Source of the DNA: Ostrea edulis
Lineage: Eukaryota
DNA length: 64,000 nt
Direction: 5' to 3'
Assembly: GCF_947568905.1 (NCBI RefSeq)
Contig: NC_079169.1
Coordinates: 72,540,001 to 72,604,000, forward strand
Shown here: positions 49,121-60,791 of the stretch, one piece after another
How positions within the stretch are numbered: position 1 is the first letter of the stretch
How the letters are laid out: every line of letters begins with the position of its first letter
The notes under the pieces: model-generated
What the model saw: the letters and a program-made list of their open reading frames with translations, nothing else
Databases searched by the model: none
Told to the model about the DNA's origin: nothing
Program-made: the position numbers and the translations under genes

Positions 49121-49826
49121 ACACACAAAAAAACCCTGTTCAGTCAGCTTAAAATAATTCAAAATGATGGAGCCTTCGGTCATGGTAAAAAGAAAAAAGA
49201 TAACGTATTTTCAATATCTTTTTATAAATTAAGATTGTTGTGAAGCATATTACCGTATATAACAATTTTAACTCGCACTCCCAATATTTCAAATTTGATA
49301 AAACTTCACGAAGGATACAAAATAAGAAGGATGTTTATTCAAATAAAATGACATAGAAATGATATTTCTGCCTATCACGCATCGCAATGTCACCGCCCCT
49401 GAAAATTAGAATAGGAAAAGAAAGTTATAATTACATAAATAATGAAAATTAGAATAGGAAAAAAAAGTTATAGGTACATAAATATTAGTTTTTTTATATA
49501 TACAATAGCTAAAGTACCTTTTATCTGAAAACAGAATGTTTAAAAAATTCGCATTTTTCTTTTTAATTTTCGAGCATTTAAACTGTCCCTTTCTCGTGAT
49601 TACAACATAAGAGCATATCTCTATTAAAACATTACTTGGATTATGGATATTAGCGTAAATTCTTGTTGATAGCATTTTAAATCGTATTTCTGTTTGTTTC
49701 CATTTTTAACTTCCATTTCTAATATCTTTAATATTTTAAAGTAATAAATCATGAATACATTTGTATTTCTAACGTACAAAGTTTGTTTACCAATTGTTAA
49801 CAGAATCGTGGTATTCGATAAAGAGT

Positions 49827-50550
49827 TTATCCAACGAGAGGAATTGACGTGGAGTTGGAGAACGCCAGCAAGGTAAGGATCCCCGGCACTGAAAGGCAAA
49901 TAAATTGTTATGTGTTAAGTATTATGAAAATGAAGAGTCATCCCAATTAATATATTTCTGAAAAGAAATGACCATATAACAAAACACTATACCCTAATGC
50001 ATTATAAGTACTGCTTTTATTTTAAGTTTGATTATAAACATCAAACAACAAAAAATTAAGTCTAACATTTTGATGGAAATGGAATAAGTCTAGCACTTGT
50101 AGTAATATTTTGAATTTTAATTATTATAGTGAATGCTTATGGATAATAATACCTGTAATACATAATCATATTTTGTTCTGCAGTTGCATTCTAGATTAAT
50201 ATAATTCATTGAACGTGTTGAAGGGAGGGGCACATAAAGAGGAAAAAATAATTCATACCCAAGGCACTCCATTTGGTGAAAGTTGATGCCCGGGCCAGAT
50301 CATTGAGGGCGTTTCTAATGACAATGGTCCTGGACGCTTTTCGCTGCCAATCTCTCAATGCCATTCTGTAAGCTATAACATTCCGCTGATATTTCTGTCT
50401 CTCTGCGGAGTTAGCCCCGTATACACCTCCCGCCATACCCGGGTAAGCCCCGTGCATTCTATACCCTCCCATATTATACTGGGCGCTCACTTCCACTGCC
50501 ACGTAAGCCAGCAGGCAGACTCCGGCTATGAAGAAAAATTGTTTATTCAT
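49827..50550 (-). CDS. Uncharacterised secreted Gly/Tyr/Met-rich protein P2 (117 aa, 2 coding exons)
   Basis: Exons 50550-50259 and 49888-49827 (phase 1). Protein: MNKQFFFIAGVCLLAYVAVEVSA-QYNMGGYRMHGAYPGMAGGVYGANSAERQKYQRNVIAYRMALRDWQRKASRTIVIRNALNDLARASTFTKWSAL-VPGILTLLAFSNSTSIPLVG*. TATATAAA at 50633-50626; UTR exon from 49398; AATAAA at 49339-49334. Confidence 0.85.
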
Positions 50551-51493
50551 CTTCAAAGCTCTCTGATCGAACGAATCTCCTACTTTTCCCGTCTTATGGA
50601 GATCTCAGAACATGGATGCCTTCTGTTTATATATGAGCGGGTTTGTTGCGCAGTAGGAAAGCATGGCCCTACAGCGATTCGTGATGGGTTTTGTAACTGC
50701 CGCTGATGTATGCTGCGTCCATTCCGTCTTCGCTGTAATAGCGTTTCCGCGAATCAATCTACTCTGTCAATTTGCACAAGAGGCTCATAAGAATAGCAAA
50801 AGACAGTGTGATAAGAATAAAGCCTAGTACTAGTGATTGTAAAGGGTTAACCCCATTTCGAGTAGTAATTAATGGTTTTGTAAAATTATTCGACCAAATA
50901 ATTGTTGGTGAATTTTATAACATAACAAAAAGTCTGTTTTAGAATACCAGATTTAACATTGATTTTATTTCAGAACGAGAAATTATCATATATTATGCAT
51001 TTTACAACCGTGTGCGAAAAACGAAAGGGAATAATTCTCATGTAACTTTGACGATATTCAAAGATTTTATATAATTTTATTATAGGCTTTCTGTGATAAT
51101 CTGTGATAATTGTTTCTTGAATCTTGTTTTCTTTTTGGGTCTAAAGACTACGTTTGTTCATCAGAACCGAATGACAGGTATACACAACATAACCTTCGTA
51201 ATACCTCGTCTCACTCCATCTTCCCGCTACACCACAGTGCGGAATACAGGTACGAAACGGCGTGAGAGACCCTATATTGCTTACTCAGTGTTACCTAACA
51301 ATACAGCTGAATATACACACAACCGATCTATCTTTCGTGTCCCTATTATCCTATTATTACAAAAAGGCTTCTGAAACGTTCATTAACCAATGGCAACGGA
51401 AGTCACGTGATATTTGGCGGTATTTAAACTGCTCTAGCAATAGTTCACCAATCTCCATTTTTACAGTACCAACCCAAAGGGGGATTCGCCACC
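50551..51493. promoter_or_regulatory. Divergent promoter region of P2 and P3
   Basis: Outward-facing TATA boxes at 50633-50626 (-) and 51421-51428 (+); CCAAT at 51387-51391 and GGAAGTCACGTGA (ETS/E-box-like) at ~51398-51410. Confidence 0.65.
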
Positions 51494-52370
51494 ATGAATA
51501 AAGCTATTTTATTCATCGTCGGGACGCTGTTGGCAGTCGTTATAGTGGTCCATGTAAGCCATCTTCATACCATCCCGGATCATCTAATATATCTGTGATA
51601 TTTTATGGAAAATGAATATATGAAAAGTTTAATTTTCTAAATTTTAAGGTGACTAGATATTCTGCCAGAGGGTAAAACTCGACTATATTCTTAATTACTG
51701 TATATTCATTTTTATTTCTTTGGTATAAAAAAAGGAAGAAAAATATCCATTATTATTTATTGTTATATTAAAACAAAGTAATTTGAACGCAATTAATGAA
51801 AAACAACAATATTCTGATTTAGTGCCAGCGAGTGATGGTGATCAGACCTCAGGCCAGAAGATCAAACTTGGGTGCTTACAACATGTACAACCAAATGGCC
51901 AGCGCCCGTCAACCTTCGTTCTCCCAGCAAGATGGATATCTGTATGCCCTTGGCATCAACCAACAATACACGGAGGCCAATGAAGCACAGAATCTTCTAA
52001 GGACCGTACAAGCCATCAGGCAGGCAACCTATGACTCCAGAATGGGATCACTGCTTAACCTTTGTAAGTGACCTTCCTAAAAAAAAATGTTAAACGTTAT
52101 TTAAAGAAACTAAGAACTAAATATGAACTAAAAGTAGGTTTAACTTTTTTCTTACTGTCAGTTAACTATTGAAATAGGCCTATATGATTATTTATCTGAT
52201 TTCTTGGCAAAGTACGAAGTTTGAAATAGAAATAGTATTGGAAATAAGTTGATGAAAACTATTTTTGAAACGAATTTTACATCCATCAACAAATTTGGTT
52301 TTTCTTTGCAGTGTTTACTCTCGCCATCAGTTTATTGGCCACGAACTCCACTGGTGCTGTAGCCGGTTAA
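51494..52370 (+). CDS. Uncharacterised secreted Gln/Tyr-rich protein P3 (119 aa, 3 coding exons)
   Basis: Exons 51494-51553, 51823-52063 and 52312-52370. Protein: MNKAILFIVGTLLAVVIVVHC-QRVMVIRPQARRSNLGAYNMYNQMASARQPSFSQQDGYLYALGINQQYTEANEAQNLLRTVQAIRQATYDSRMGSLLNL-LFTLAISLLATNSTGAVAG*. UTR exon from 52528; AATAAA at 52578-52583. Confidence 0.85.
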
Positions 52371-52824
52371 ATCATATGAATGAGGCTTCAAGATCTATTC
52401 TCTTATTTGGTAATATACCTTTAAACATAGTATATAGAGCCTATTCCATCCTTGTGTTTTAAGAACTTGTGGACTTTTTAGACTTTAGACTTCTACATAA
52501 GATTCTTTAATACATTTTCTATTTTAGGGATGGGCGACCACAGACATTGCGTGATGTTAACTATATGCGTTTCCTTCAATAAAATCATGTACACTTTTTG
52601 TTTACTTTCTATTCTGTATATATTAATGGAATGGCATACATGTATAATGTGATATGCGTCGAATAAAAGAATTGCGACCTTTTGTTCATAGTTGAATTTG
52701 TTAATGTAATGGCCAGGTATCATCTTATATAGAACAACTACCAGAGCTACTATGAATATCAGTTATGAAACGTTTACTATGTTTGAGAAGAAACTTTGTC
52801 GATTCAATGAAGAAATGAGTTTCA

Positions 52825-52935
52825 TTTTTTAAAAACACATGAGGGTATGACCTGCGACGCCTCACGCTGACACACTATACGAAAAGTCCGCCGACGTGAA
52901 GACTTGCAGTTCATACCCTCATGTATTTTTAAAAC
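52825..52935. mobile_element. Short palindromic MITE-like element
   Basis: Arms TTTTAAAAACACATGAGGGTATGA / TCATACCCTCATGTATTTTTAAAA. Confidence 0.65.
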
Positions 52936-53221
52936 TGAAGTTTATCTCTTTTATTTACATTTCTGTCGGAACTCTCAGCCGTTAAAATAGGCGTACTATA
53001 TTTATTAAAATCCATGCGCGCATTGTTCACAACGTCAACACATTCATGAAGAAATGGCTATCTTCACAATTCATAGACGGAAACATTGGAAATGTGCACA
53101 TAGTTCTATGTAAAACTTTTGACGAGAAAACGTTTCAATTGATAAAATAGATAAGAAATAAATAGAGGGAAATTACAAGGTTTCGATGCTGAAACATGTC
53201 CTTTCGAGGTGTATTGCAGGC

Positions 53222-53336
53222 TAGCTGCAGAACTGTAGCTCTCAGAAAAAATATTGTGACGGACTGAGAAAAGGGGTGGATCTGTAGCTCTCTGTCCGTC
53301 ACAATATTTTTTCAGAGAGCTACAGTTCTGCAGCTA
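53222..53336. mobile_element. 115-bp foldback MITE with perfect 9-bp TSD
   Basis: ~43-bp arms TAGCTGCAGAACTGTAGCTCTC...; ATTGCAGGC at 53213-53221 and 53337-53345. Confidence 0.9.
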
Positions 53337-54546
53337 ATTGCAGGCATGCTTCTCAATGATGGATTGTCCTAAAGAAGACAAATAAAGAATAGAATTTTAA
53401 GGTCAGGCTGGGATTTCTCGAAAAAATCTCAAACTTAAGTTTTGGTTTTCATTTATTTGAGCAATCAAAATTTTAGTATAATCTCAGACTTAAATCCAAG
53501 TTTCGACTTCAGTTTCTTTCGAGAAATCCAGGCCAAAAATGATATAGAAAAATAAATCAATACTTAGGTATGCAGAATTTAGAAAATGTTCTTCAGGTGG
53601 ATGTTTGATAGAGCGCGACCAAATCGAGCCCCGGTTCTTATGGCCGTATACTTACACGAACTCTTCCAGGACTACCAAACTATGCCCATCCGTCATCCTC
53701 GGGCAAGGTCACGTAACGACCATCTGAACCATTGAAATGACTAGTAAATCAACCAATGAGATTCGCGGGTTTGGCTATATAAAGTTACGTCAGTTTCCTT
53801 GTGACTGCTGGAACGTCATCGGTTTACTAATACACATCACATGGTTACAGAATATTTCATTGCGGGGTCATTAAGATCAGTGGACGTCTTTTCTCCATTA
53901 ATTACTCAACTCAATAGGTTATAAAGGCTTTTTAAGGCATGCCCCCTAACGGATTAATGATCAAACTACTGATGTTTTCAAATTTCTACATTAGTACATA
54001 CATGTACATGTATATCCTTTGATCTTATGATATTTTATCAACTGTCAAGTAAGGAGTGAAAATCTTTTAATTCTGATCTATGGATAAAAATGTTGGAATA
54101 TGTTTAAAATGAAGAAAACGAAATGTTAAAGCCGAATTTTCAATGTGAACTTTAATATAATTTTGCGAAATCATGTACAATTTCTCAGTAATGAAATATT
54201 TAATTTAATTTTCTAATGTACCGGTCATCAATTTACACGGAGAAAATAATCTGCATGTCAAAATTAGAGCATGTTTCAGGGTACTTAGAGTTATTTCGTT
54301 GTGTAAAGCTGTTTTAGCCATTTTGAAAATATATAGCAATACAGAGTACAGAGAAATATAAACTGGTTAACATTTGTACACATAGATCATGCCTGTACAG
54401 AGTACTACATGTGTACAGCTTCTCAACCTAACATACATGTAACTTTATATATAAATGCTTACATCGTACATAATGAAAACACACCGTCATTGATCAACAG
54501 GTCATTTGACATGAAATTTACAATGTGATTGTACACATGTCCTTAA

Positions 54547-56093
54547 AGGACACATCGCATGTTTTTAAACTTTTTAATTTTTTCAGCAAAATTAATTCAT
54601 TTCATGCCTAAAACTACTTTACATGTGTTTTAAAAGAAACAGTTTGCGTAGTTTTCGAGTTTGAAAGCGATGAAATTCAAATCTTGCGATATGCATATTT
54701 TCTTCGATATTTTACGCGCCATAATCTGTGACGTCATATGCGACCTCGAGCGAGAAGATTTGAAAACAGTTGTTAGCCATTTCATTAACAGATTAGATTT
54801 AATTGACAAACAAACAATTATCACATTAACGGCTTGTAAATAACACTGCATTAGGGTGTTTTGTGCCGTTTAAGGGTGTACATGCTGTCAGTAGAGAGGC
54901 TTTGGACTGTGTTTTTTTTCAATTTTCGAAGGAAGGTACGAGGGACAAGACGTGAATATTTTTTGTCGGCACAACGACTTTGCCATAAAAAACCCAGTAG
55001 AATTTGTCCCTGTACTTTTTTAAACAAGCACTTGGACAAAGACGTAGATAAACTGCGAGAAAATGGTTCTATCAAAGCTACCCACTGTTACATATAGGCC
55101 TACGGCTTATGCTTTCCGTTCTGCTCTCAAATTCAATACACACACGCACCAACTGACCTTCACCTTGTAACACCATAGAGGCAGAACTTCGCTAGCAGTG
55201 TCTACCAACTGGTAGTTTTAAAAAAGAAATTTGAAGATAAAAGATAATTGAACTTTCAATTATAAATAATAAAATATGATATTTCCCAACTTTGAATTGA
55301 ATTATAATGCTTTCATTTTTTTTTTTTTTAAGGAACACGTACGTGTTTACAACAACGTACAGCACGCCGCGCCCCCACTTCCTAAGTAACAACGTGTAGA
55401 TAACAAAAAAATAATGATTAATAAAATTGCTTGAATAAAATAATCTAAAAGTATTGGGATTTTCACCATAAATTTGATAATTTTTATTATTATTTTTTCT
55501 CTCGAAATGCACCCGTGATAGTAGGCCTAGTTGTCAATGATACATAATCGTATCATAATTTAGATCTAACTTCTCCAAAATAAATTTAATAATAATTGCA
55601 CTGTTTATTTTCAAAAAGCAACAACGCTAATTACAGTTCTTTACAGAAATGACATTACCATATTGTGTTTAGACAGTGATCCCATGTAAACATTATTTAC
55701 TCGCAGATTTCATACTCGCTTTCCTCGCTACATTTGGGTCGCTATTTGTATGCACTGGTGGCTAAAAGATATAAGACTCGGGAAATTTGTTAACATCGAA
55801 ATAAATGTTATCCATGGTAAATTTATTAGGCCCCTAAAACCCGAGTTTTTAAAAATATCTAACACTACTTTTACAACAAGTTGATCGACGAAGGTCGCAT
55901 ATGACGTCACTGTACCACGTGACTACCTATCTAATTAACTAGGCTTTTTGAAATCGGGGCTTAGATTTAAGTCCGTATTGTGGCTAATTATCGCAATACT
56001 TCAGCGAACGAACTATTACAATTAATTTCTATAAGCATAAGGAAGACAAAATGCATATAATTTTGTATACTTTGAAAACACGATATGTGTCCT
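54547..56093. mobile_element. Non-autonomous DNA transposon with TTAA TSD (Kolobok-like)
   Basis: TTAA-AGGACACATC... / ...ATATGTGTCCT-TTAA; subterminal inverted GACGTCATATGCGACCT / AGGTCGCATATGACGTC. Confidence 0.7.
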
Positions 56094-56196
56094 TTAATGC
56101 TGACAAGGTCCTCTCCCTACACTATATTGAACAAAAATATAAGTGTATATAAAAACACACAACGAGATCAATAGCGGACTTATATAATTATCAGAA

Positions 56197-56375
56197 NNNN
56201 NNNNNNNNNNNNNNNNNNNNNNNNNNNNNNNNNNNNNNNNNNNNNNNNNNNNNNNNNNNNNNNNNNNNNNNNNNNNNNNNNNNNNNNNNNNNNNNNNNNN
56301 NNNNNNNNNNNNNNNNNNNNNNNNNNNNNNNNNNNNNNNNNNNNNNNNNNNNNNNNNNNNNNNNNNNNNNNNNNN
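56197..56375. other. Assembly gap (179 N)
   Basis: Run of N. Confidence 1.
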
Positions 56376-57030
56376 ACTCAACATCCAAAGTGTCGGATCT
56401 AATAGTAGATACGAGGTCAAATAAAAAAGGATATAAAAAGCACTAAAAATGACCAACGACACGAACAACAGTGAATTGTTAAATTTTCAGGACAACCTGT
56501 CCCTCCCTCAGGACAATAGAATATTTACATAGAAAAGAAAACTAAATAGAAAAGGAAACTAAAACTACAACTAAACTACAAAAGCTGATAACAAACAAAA
56601 CGTCTACATATTAAAATTATTGAGTGCAATGTGTGGCAATAGAAAAGTTTGTTCCCATCGAGCGTCAAGACAGATCTGAACCGACTTGTCCTACGCTGGA
56701 TCAAGTTAAAAAAAACAGGAATTTTCAGAACAAACTGTCCCTTCTATCTATCTACACAAATGTATCTGCCTATCTATCTAGCTACTTAGCACTATAATCC
56801 AACAACACTCAACATCCAAAGTGTCGGATCTAATAGTAGATACGAGGCAAATAAAAAAGGATATAAAAAGCACTAAAAATGACCAACGGCACGAACAAGT
56901 GAATTGTCAAATTTTCAGGACAACCTGTCCCTTCCTCAGGACGATAGAATATTTACATAGAAAAGAAAACTAAAACTAAATAGAAAAGGAAACTAAAACT
57001 ACAACTAAACTACAAAAGCTGGTAACAAAC
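56376..57030 (-). mobile_element. Tandem 431-bp repeat (1.5 visible units) with hammerhead-like motif
   Basis: ACTCAACATCCAAAGTGTCGGATCT at 56376 and 56807; same family as 16915-17190. Confidence 0.65.
56903..56945 (-). ncRNA. Candidate minimal type I hammerhead ribozyme
   Basis: ATCGTC-CTGAGGA-A-GGGAC-AGGTT-GTCCT-GAA-AATT-T-GACAAT contains the full core CUGANGA/GAAA/UH, a 5-bp stem II, stem I GTC:GAC and a palindromic stem III. Confidence 0.5.
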
Positions 57031-58173
57031 AACCTTATATTACCTTTAACAGGTAACAGGCATCTATAATGTTGACTGGAATATTGGATTAGCAGCCACA
57101 TGAGCCAGACTTATCCTGAATCTGACTAGCACAGGGTCCAGAGGATTAAACTAAAGCAAAGGACACAAATACTATTACCGACGTTTTGTCAGTAGTAAAT
57201 CTTGGATGTTTTATTCTTCATAATTCTCCATGTATACTGCAACATGAAAATAACATTTTGATTTAACATAAAACCGTATTTTGAAAACTAAGAAAATAAA
57301 AGGAATGAAATGTCTGGATTTGGTTTGTTTTTTGGTTTTTTTTTTTTTGGTTGTTTTTTTGTTGATAATGTTGTTGGTTTTTTTTCGTGGAATGGCCCTC
57401 GTATTTCTTTCCGCATTTGATTAAGAAAGTGTAATGAGTTTCTGCAACCTTTCACCCAGAGATTTCTTTATAAGAACATGTAAATCATTTATTATAGTGA
57501 CAGGTGCATTTTACATACTACATAATTTGATACAATATACGGTAATTAAACTGTTGCACCCGGCCCATTTGACCCACAAGTCACTTTTATACATTATTTC
57601 AGTTTAAATACGTACACACGTCGTGCATATTAAATTAATTGTGCAAATGTCGTTTTCTTACTTGAGATGATACAGTAAGAAATTGTGCAGTTTGTCTTTT
57701 ATTATTTACCATTAAAATGTTTAGATTGATATTTACTTCTACATTTATAGTTCGAAAGAATGTTTCTCAATGGTTTTCGAAAATTTTGCAATATAACAGA
57801 AAATGTTTTTTATCCTCTGTGAATCCATCATGACATAAAGTAGAAAAACGTTCATGTGGAGGTTTATTTACGTAACGAACGAGGGCGAGGATTCCACGTC
57901 TGAACTGAACCATCCCGGACCTTTCTTGTTACGTATGGTTCGAGTTAGAAATTGTGTGAAGGTGTTCGCAATTTGGGTACAGGCGATATTTTTTGTCTCC
58001 AATGTTCTTCACAAAATCTTTTCACTTTCACTTGATTTATATCACAAAGACGTATATAGTTGTAATGAGAGCACATGTCTAATTTAATTAAATAGGATTT
58101 CTTTCATTTGTAAACACCATGTACCGTTGTTCCGATAGCTCCATGAAAAGACTTTTTGGTAAGAAGTTCGTTG

Positions 58174-58626
58174 CAATCTCTCACCAGAGGGCGTTACGCT
58201 ACGCTCCACAACACCTCTGTTATCGTCTAATTTACAAGAATTTTGTAAAACAGATCGTCTTTGAAAATAAAATAAATCTGCATCATTTTCATAAATAAAA
58301 CATACATTGATGAGTTAAAAACACATTGGTAGGTATCGAAACGCTGTATTACGTTAGTGCAACCTCCATATCTATGGAACTATTTTGTCTTGTCAAATGT
58401 ATTATTTCACTTTCACTTCGTAACTATGGACTCTACATTTAAAAAAAACTAGAGAGATTATAATGATGAAAACCTGACATTGCACAAAGAACAGAAACAT
58501 GCCTTTCTGTTGGAGTCAAAGACGTCATTTTGTCCGTGCGAGATCATGTGGTTAGCCGAACTATTTATCAGACGATAACAGAGGTGAAAGTGAAGCTTGC
58601 GTAGCGCGCCCTCTGGTGAAAGAATG
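58174..58626. mobile_element. Mutator-like MITE, same family as 30983-33748
   Basis: CAATCTCTCACCAGAGGGCG... / ...CGCCCTCTGGTGAAAGAATG; 10-bp TSD AAGTTCGTTG / AAGTTCGTCG. Confidence 0.8.
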
Positions 58627-59209
58627 AAGTTCGTCGTCCATTTGGATTCCATTTTCTCACCAGTCAGTTCCGCTGTGTCGGTGTTAACCGTCCTACTTCA
58701 CTGTTTGAGATGATAACTGGAGCATATATAGGTGTAATCAATCCAACGACACCATGTTGTACAGTTTCTAACGGTTGATATGTTTTAAATCTCCACACCC
58801 CTGTACAATAAAATAAAACATGAATACAAGATTGGACAAGTTTTTCAAAAGTTTGGAATCCGACATCTATATAACTATGAATTTTTTATCTCGAAGTTCT
58901 GTCAACATATTTACCGAGAGTTTCCGCTGCTATAATTGAATTCATCTTTCGTTAAATATAACACCGAGATAGCGACTTACATATTGTAGCTCTTCTTCTC
59001 CAATTTTGAATTTATAATAACTTAGAGGGATGTTGTGTTTCCTGAAATGCATTACGTTTGATTTAATATAATTCATACTTAATCCCCACCGTTTACACCA
59101 ATTAAAAAGGATCACTGTTCGTTATCTTCACCTTTCATACCAAGGGAATTTTATATATCAACCTCATTTTCACTGAGAATAGCAATATCGTTGGCATTTG
59201 ATAAAATGT

Positions 59210-59545
59210 TCATTTTTTCCATCTTCAATATTAACACCCGCATTTAGCTGTGAAATTTCTGTCGTGAAGTCGTTGATAAAGACAGAGAACAGTGTGGGTG
59301 ATAAGTTGTCACCTTAACGTACGCCATTTGAGCACTGAAACCAATTCGTACGAAGATCGTTGACTCAGACACAGAAAATTGTTTAAGAATATAAGCTAGA
59401 AATAGCGTTATATATATATATATATATATAGTACCATTGATTCCAATTAGTTGTAGTTTGTTTTGTAGTAAATCTCTATTGACGAAATCAAAAGCTTTTT
59501 GAAGGTCAATGAAAGTTACTAGACAACTAAACAAATGCAAAACTG
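59210..59545 (-). mobile_element. LINE reverse-transcriptase fragment
   Basis: Minus strand FIDLQKAFDFVNR and GVR*GDNLSPTLFSVFIND motifs, disrupted. Confidence 0.75.
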
Positions 59546-60150
59546 TAAAACATGCAAAATGCTTTAGATTAATTTTTAACTGCCAAGAGAGTTGTTTGTT
59601 TTTCTTTTCAATAAGAACTACAATGAAATACGATAGATATCTCATAGATAATATATAATATATAAATAATATCTTTGAATCATAATATTAAAACAATTTC
59701 AGATTTAATTAATTGGGCAATCAATAGAATTAAAAAAAAACAATTAGTTTTAAAATGAAAATGAGATAAACAAAAATGGTTCAAACATTATATTTCTTAA
59801 CTTTTACCTTTATAACGCGCTTTAATTATATAAGGTGTTATGTGAATTTTTTTTTTTTTTTACAATTATTTTTTGAAGCGCAGAGCTACCTACATGAAAT
59901 TGATTAACTAATCAAACTATCTTCCTTATACTTCCACAGATAATGTTTTAATTTACAAATTTATTCATCATATAACTATCAGGGAAGTATTAGGCTTCTT
60001 GTTTTCACATGCCTAGCGGCTTCCACACAAACACACCTGCATGCTCACTCTACGTAATTCCTTTTTGCAGCCGAGTATACGGGTAAGAAACCAATATATT
60101 ACGACACATGGAAGCAGACGCACTTTTCATACACCTTTCTATATTGCAGA

Positions 60151-60226
60151 TTACGTCAAACTGCCGTCTGCTGTAGGAGGGTGGGAGAGTATAAAAGCAG
60201 ACTAAACCATCGAAGATTCGTCACTT
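60151..60226 (+). promoter_or_regulatory. Core promoter of P4
   Basis: TTACGTCA (CRE/ATF-like) at 60151-60158, TATAAAAG at 60190-60197 and Inr-like TCACTT at 60221-60226. Confidence 0.7.
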
Positions 60227-60256
60227 GCTCGGTCCAGTCGCCAATCACACACAACC

Positions 60257-60791
60257 ATGAACAAGGCAGTCATTCTCCTCGGCACCTCTTGCCTTCTTGC
60301 CATCGCCATCATGCAGGTGTCCGCTTATTACTATGGCAACTCGATGATGTACGGTGGTGCGGGATATCCTTTATCCATGGCCGGTGGTGCTGGAGGTCTT
60401 GGTGGTGCAGGAGGTCTCGGTGCTCGTAGTAATTACTATGACAACTACTACAGACAGTACGATCGCTACAACCGTGCCCAGGCTACCAGAACTATTGCCA
60501 GATCCATCAATGGTCTCCAAACATCCGCCCTCCTCAGTCTGTGTAAGTTAACATTACTCCTGGACACTTCCAATCGTGTCTTCCCGATATGATGAAATAT
60601 TTAATTTTGAAAGAACATTGATTTAGAGTTTAGGTTATTAATCTTATGTTCTTGTTAATTGGTTTGTCAGATAAATAAGCCAAACATATGTACGATTTTT
60701 TGTTTTAAAGATAAGCTTTCTTTATTTTTCAGTTTCTCTGTTCGGTCTCGCCATGCTTGCCACCAACACCACTGGTACTCTTGCTGGTTAA
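60257..60791 (+). CDS. Uncharacterised secreted Gly/Tyr-rich protein P4 (114 aa, 2 coding exons)
   Basis: Exons 60257-60542 and 60733-60791 (phase 1). Protein: MNKAVILLGTSCLLAIAIMQVSA-YYYGNSMMYGGAGYPLSMAGGAGGLGGAGGLGARSNYYDNYYRQYDRYNRAQATRTIARSINGLQTSALLSL-FSLFGLAMLATNTTGTLAG*. UTR intron 60830-60943; AATAAA at 61007-61012. Confidence 0.88.

Noticed and set aside
56094-56468. ORFs spanning 56094-56468
   Set aside because: Artefacts of the N gap.
52312-60791. GPI-anchor signal as the explanation of the P-family tail
   Set aside because: The hydrophobic run is followed by a polar N-x-T segment instead of ending the protein, unlike canonical GPI signals. A predictor run would be needed to exclude it fully.
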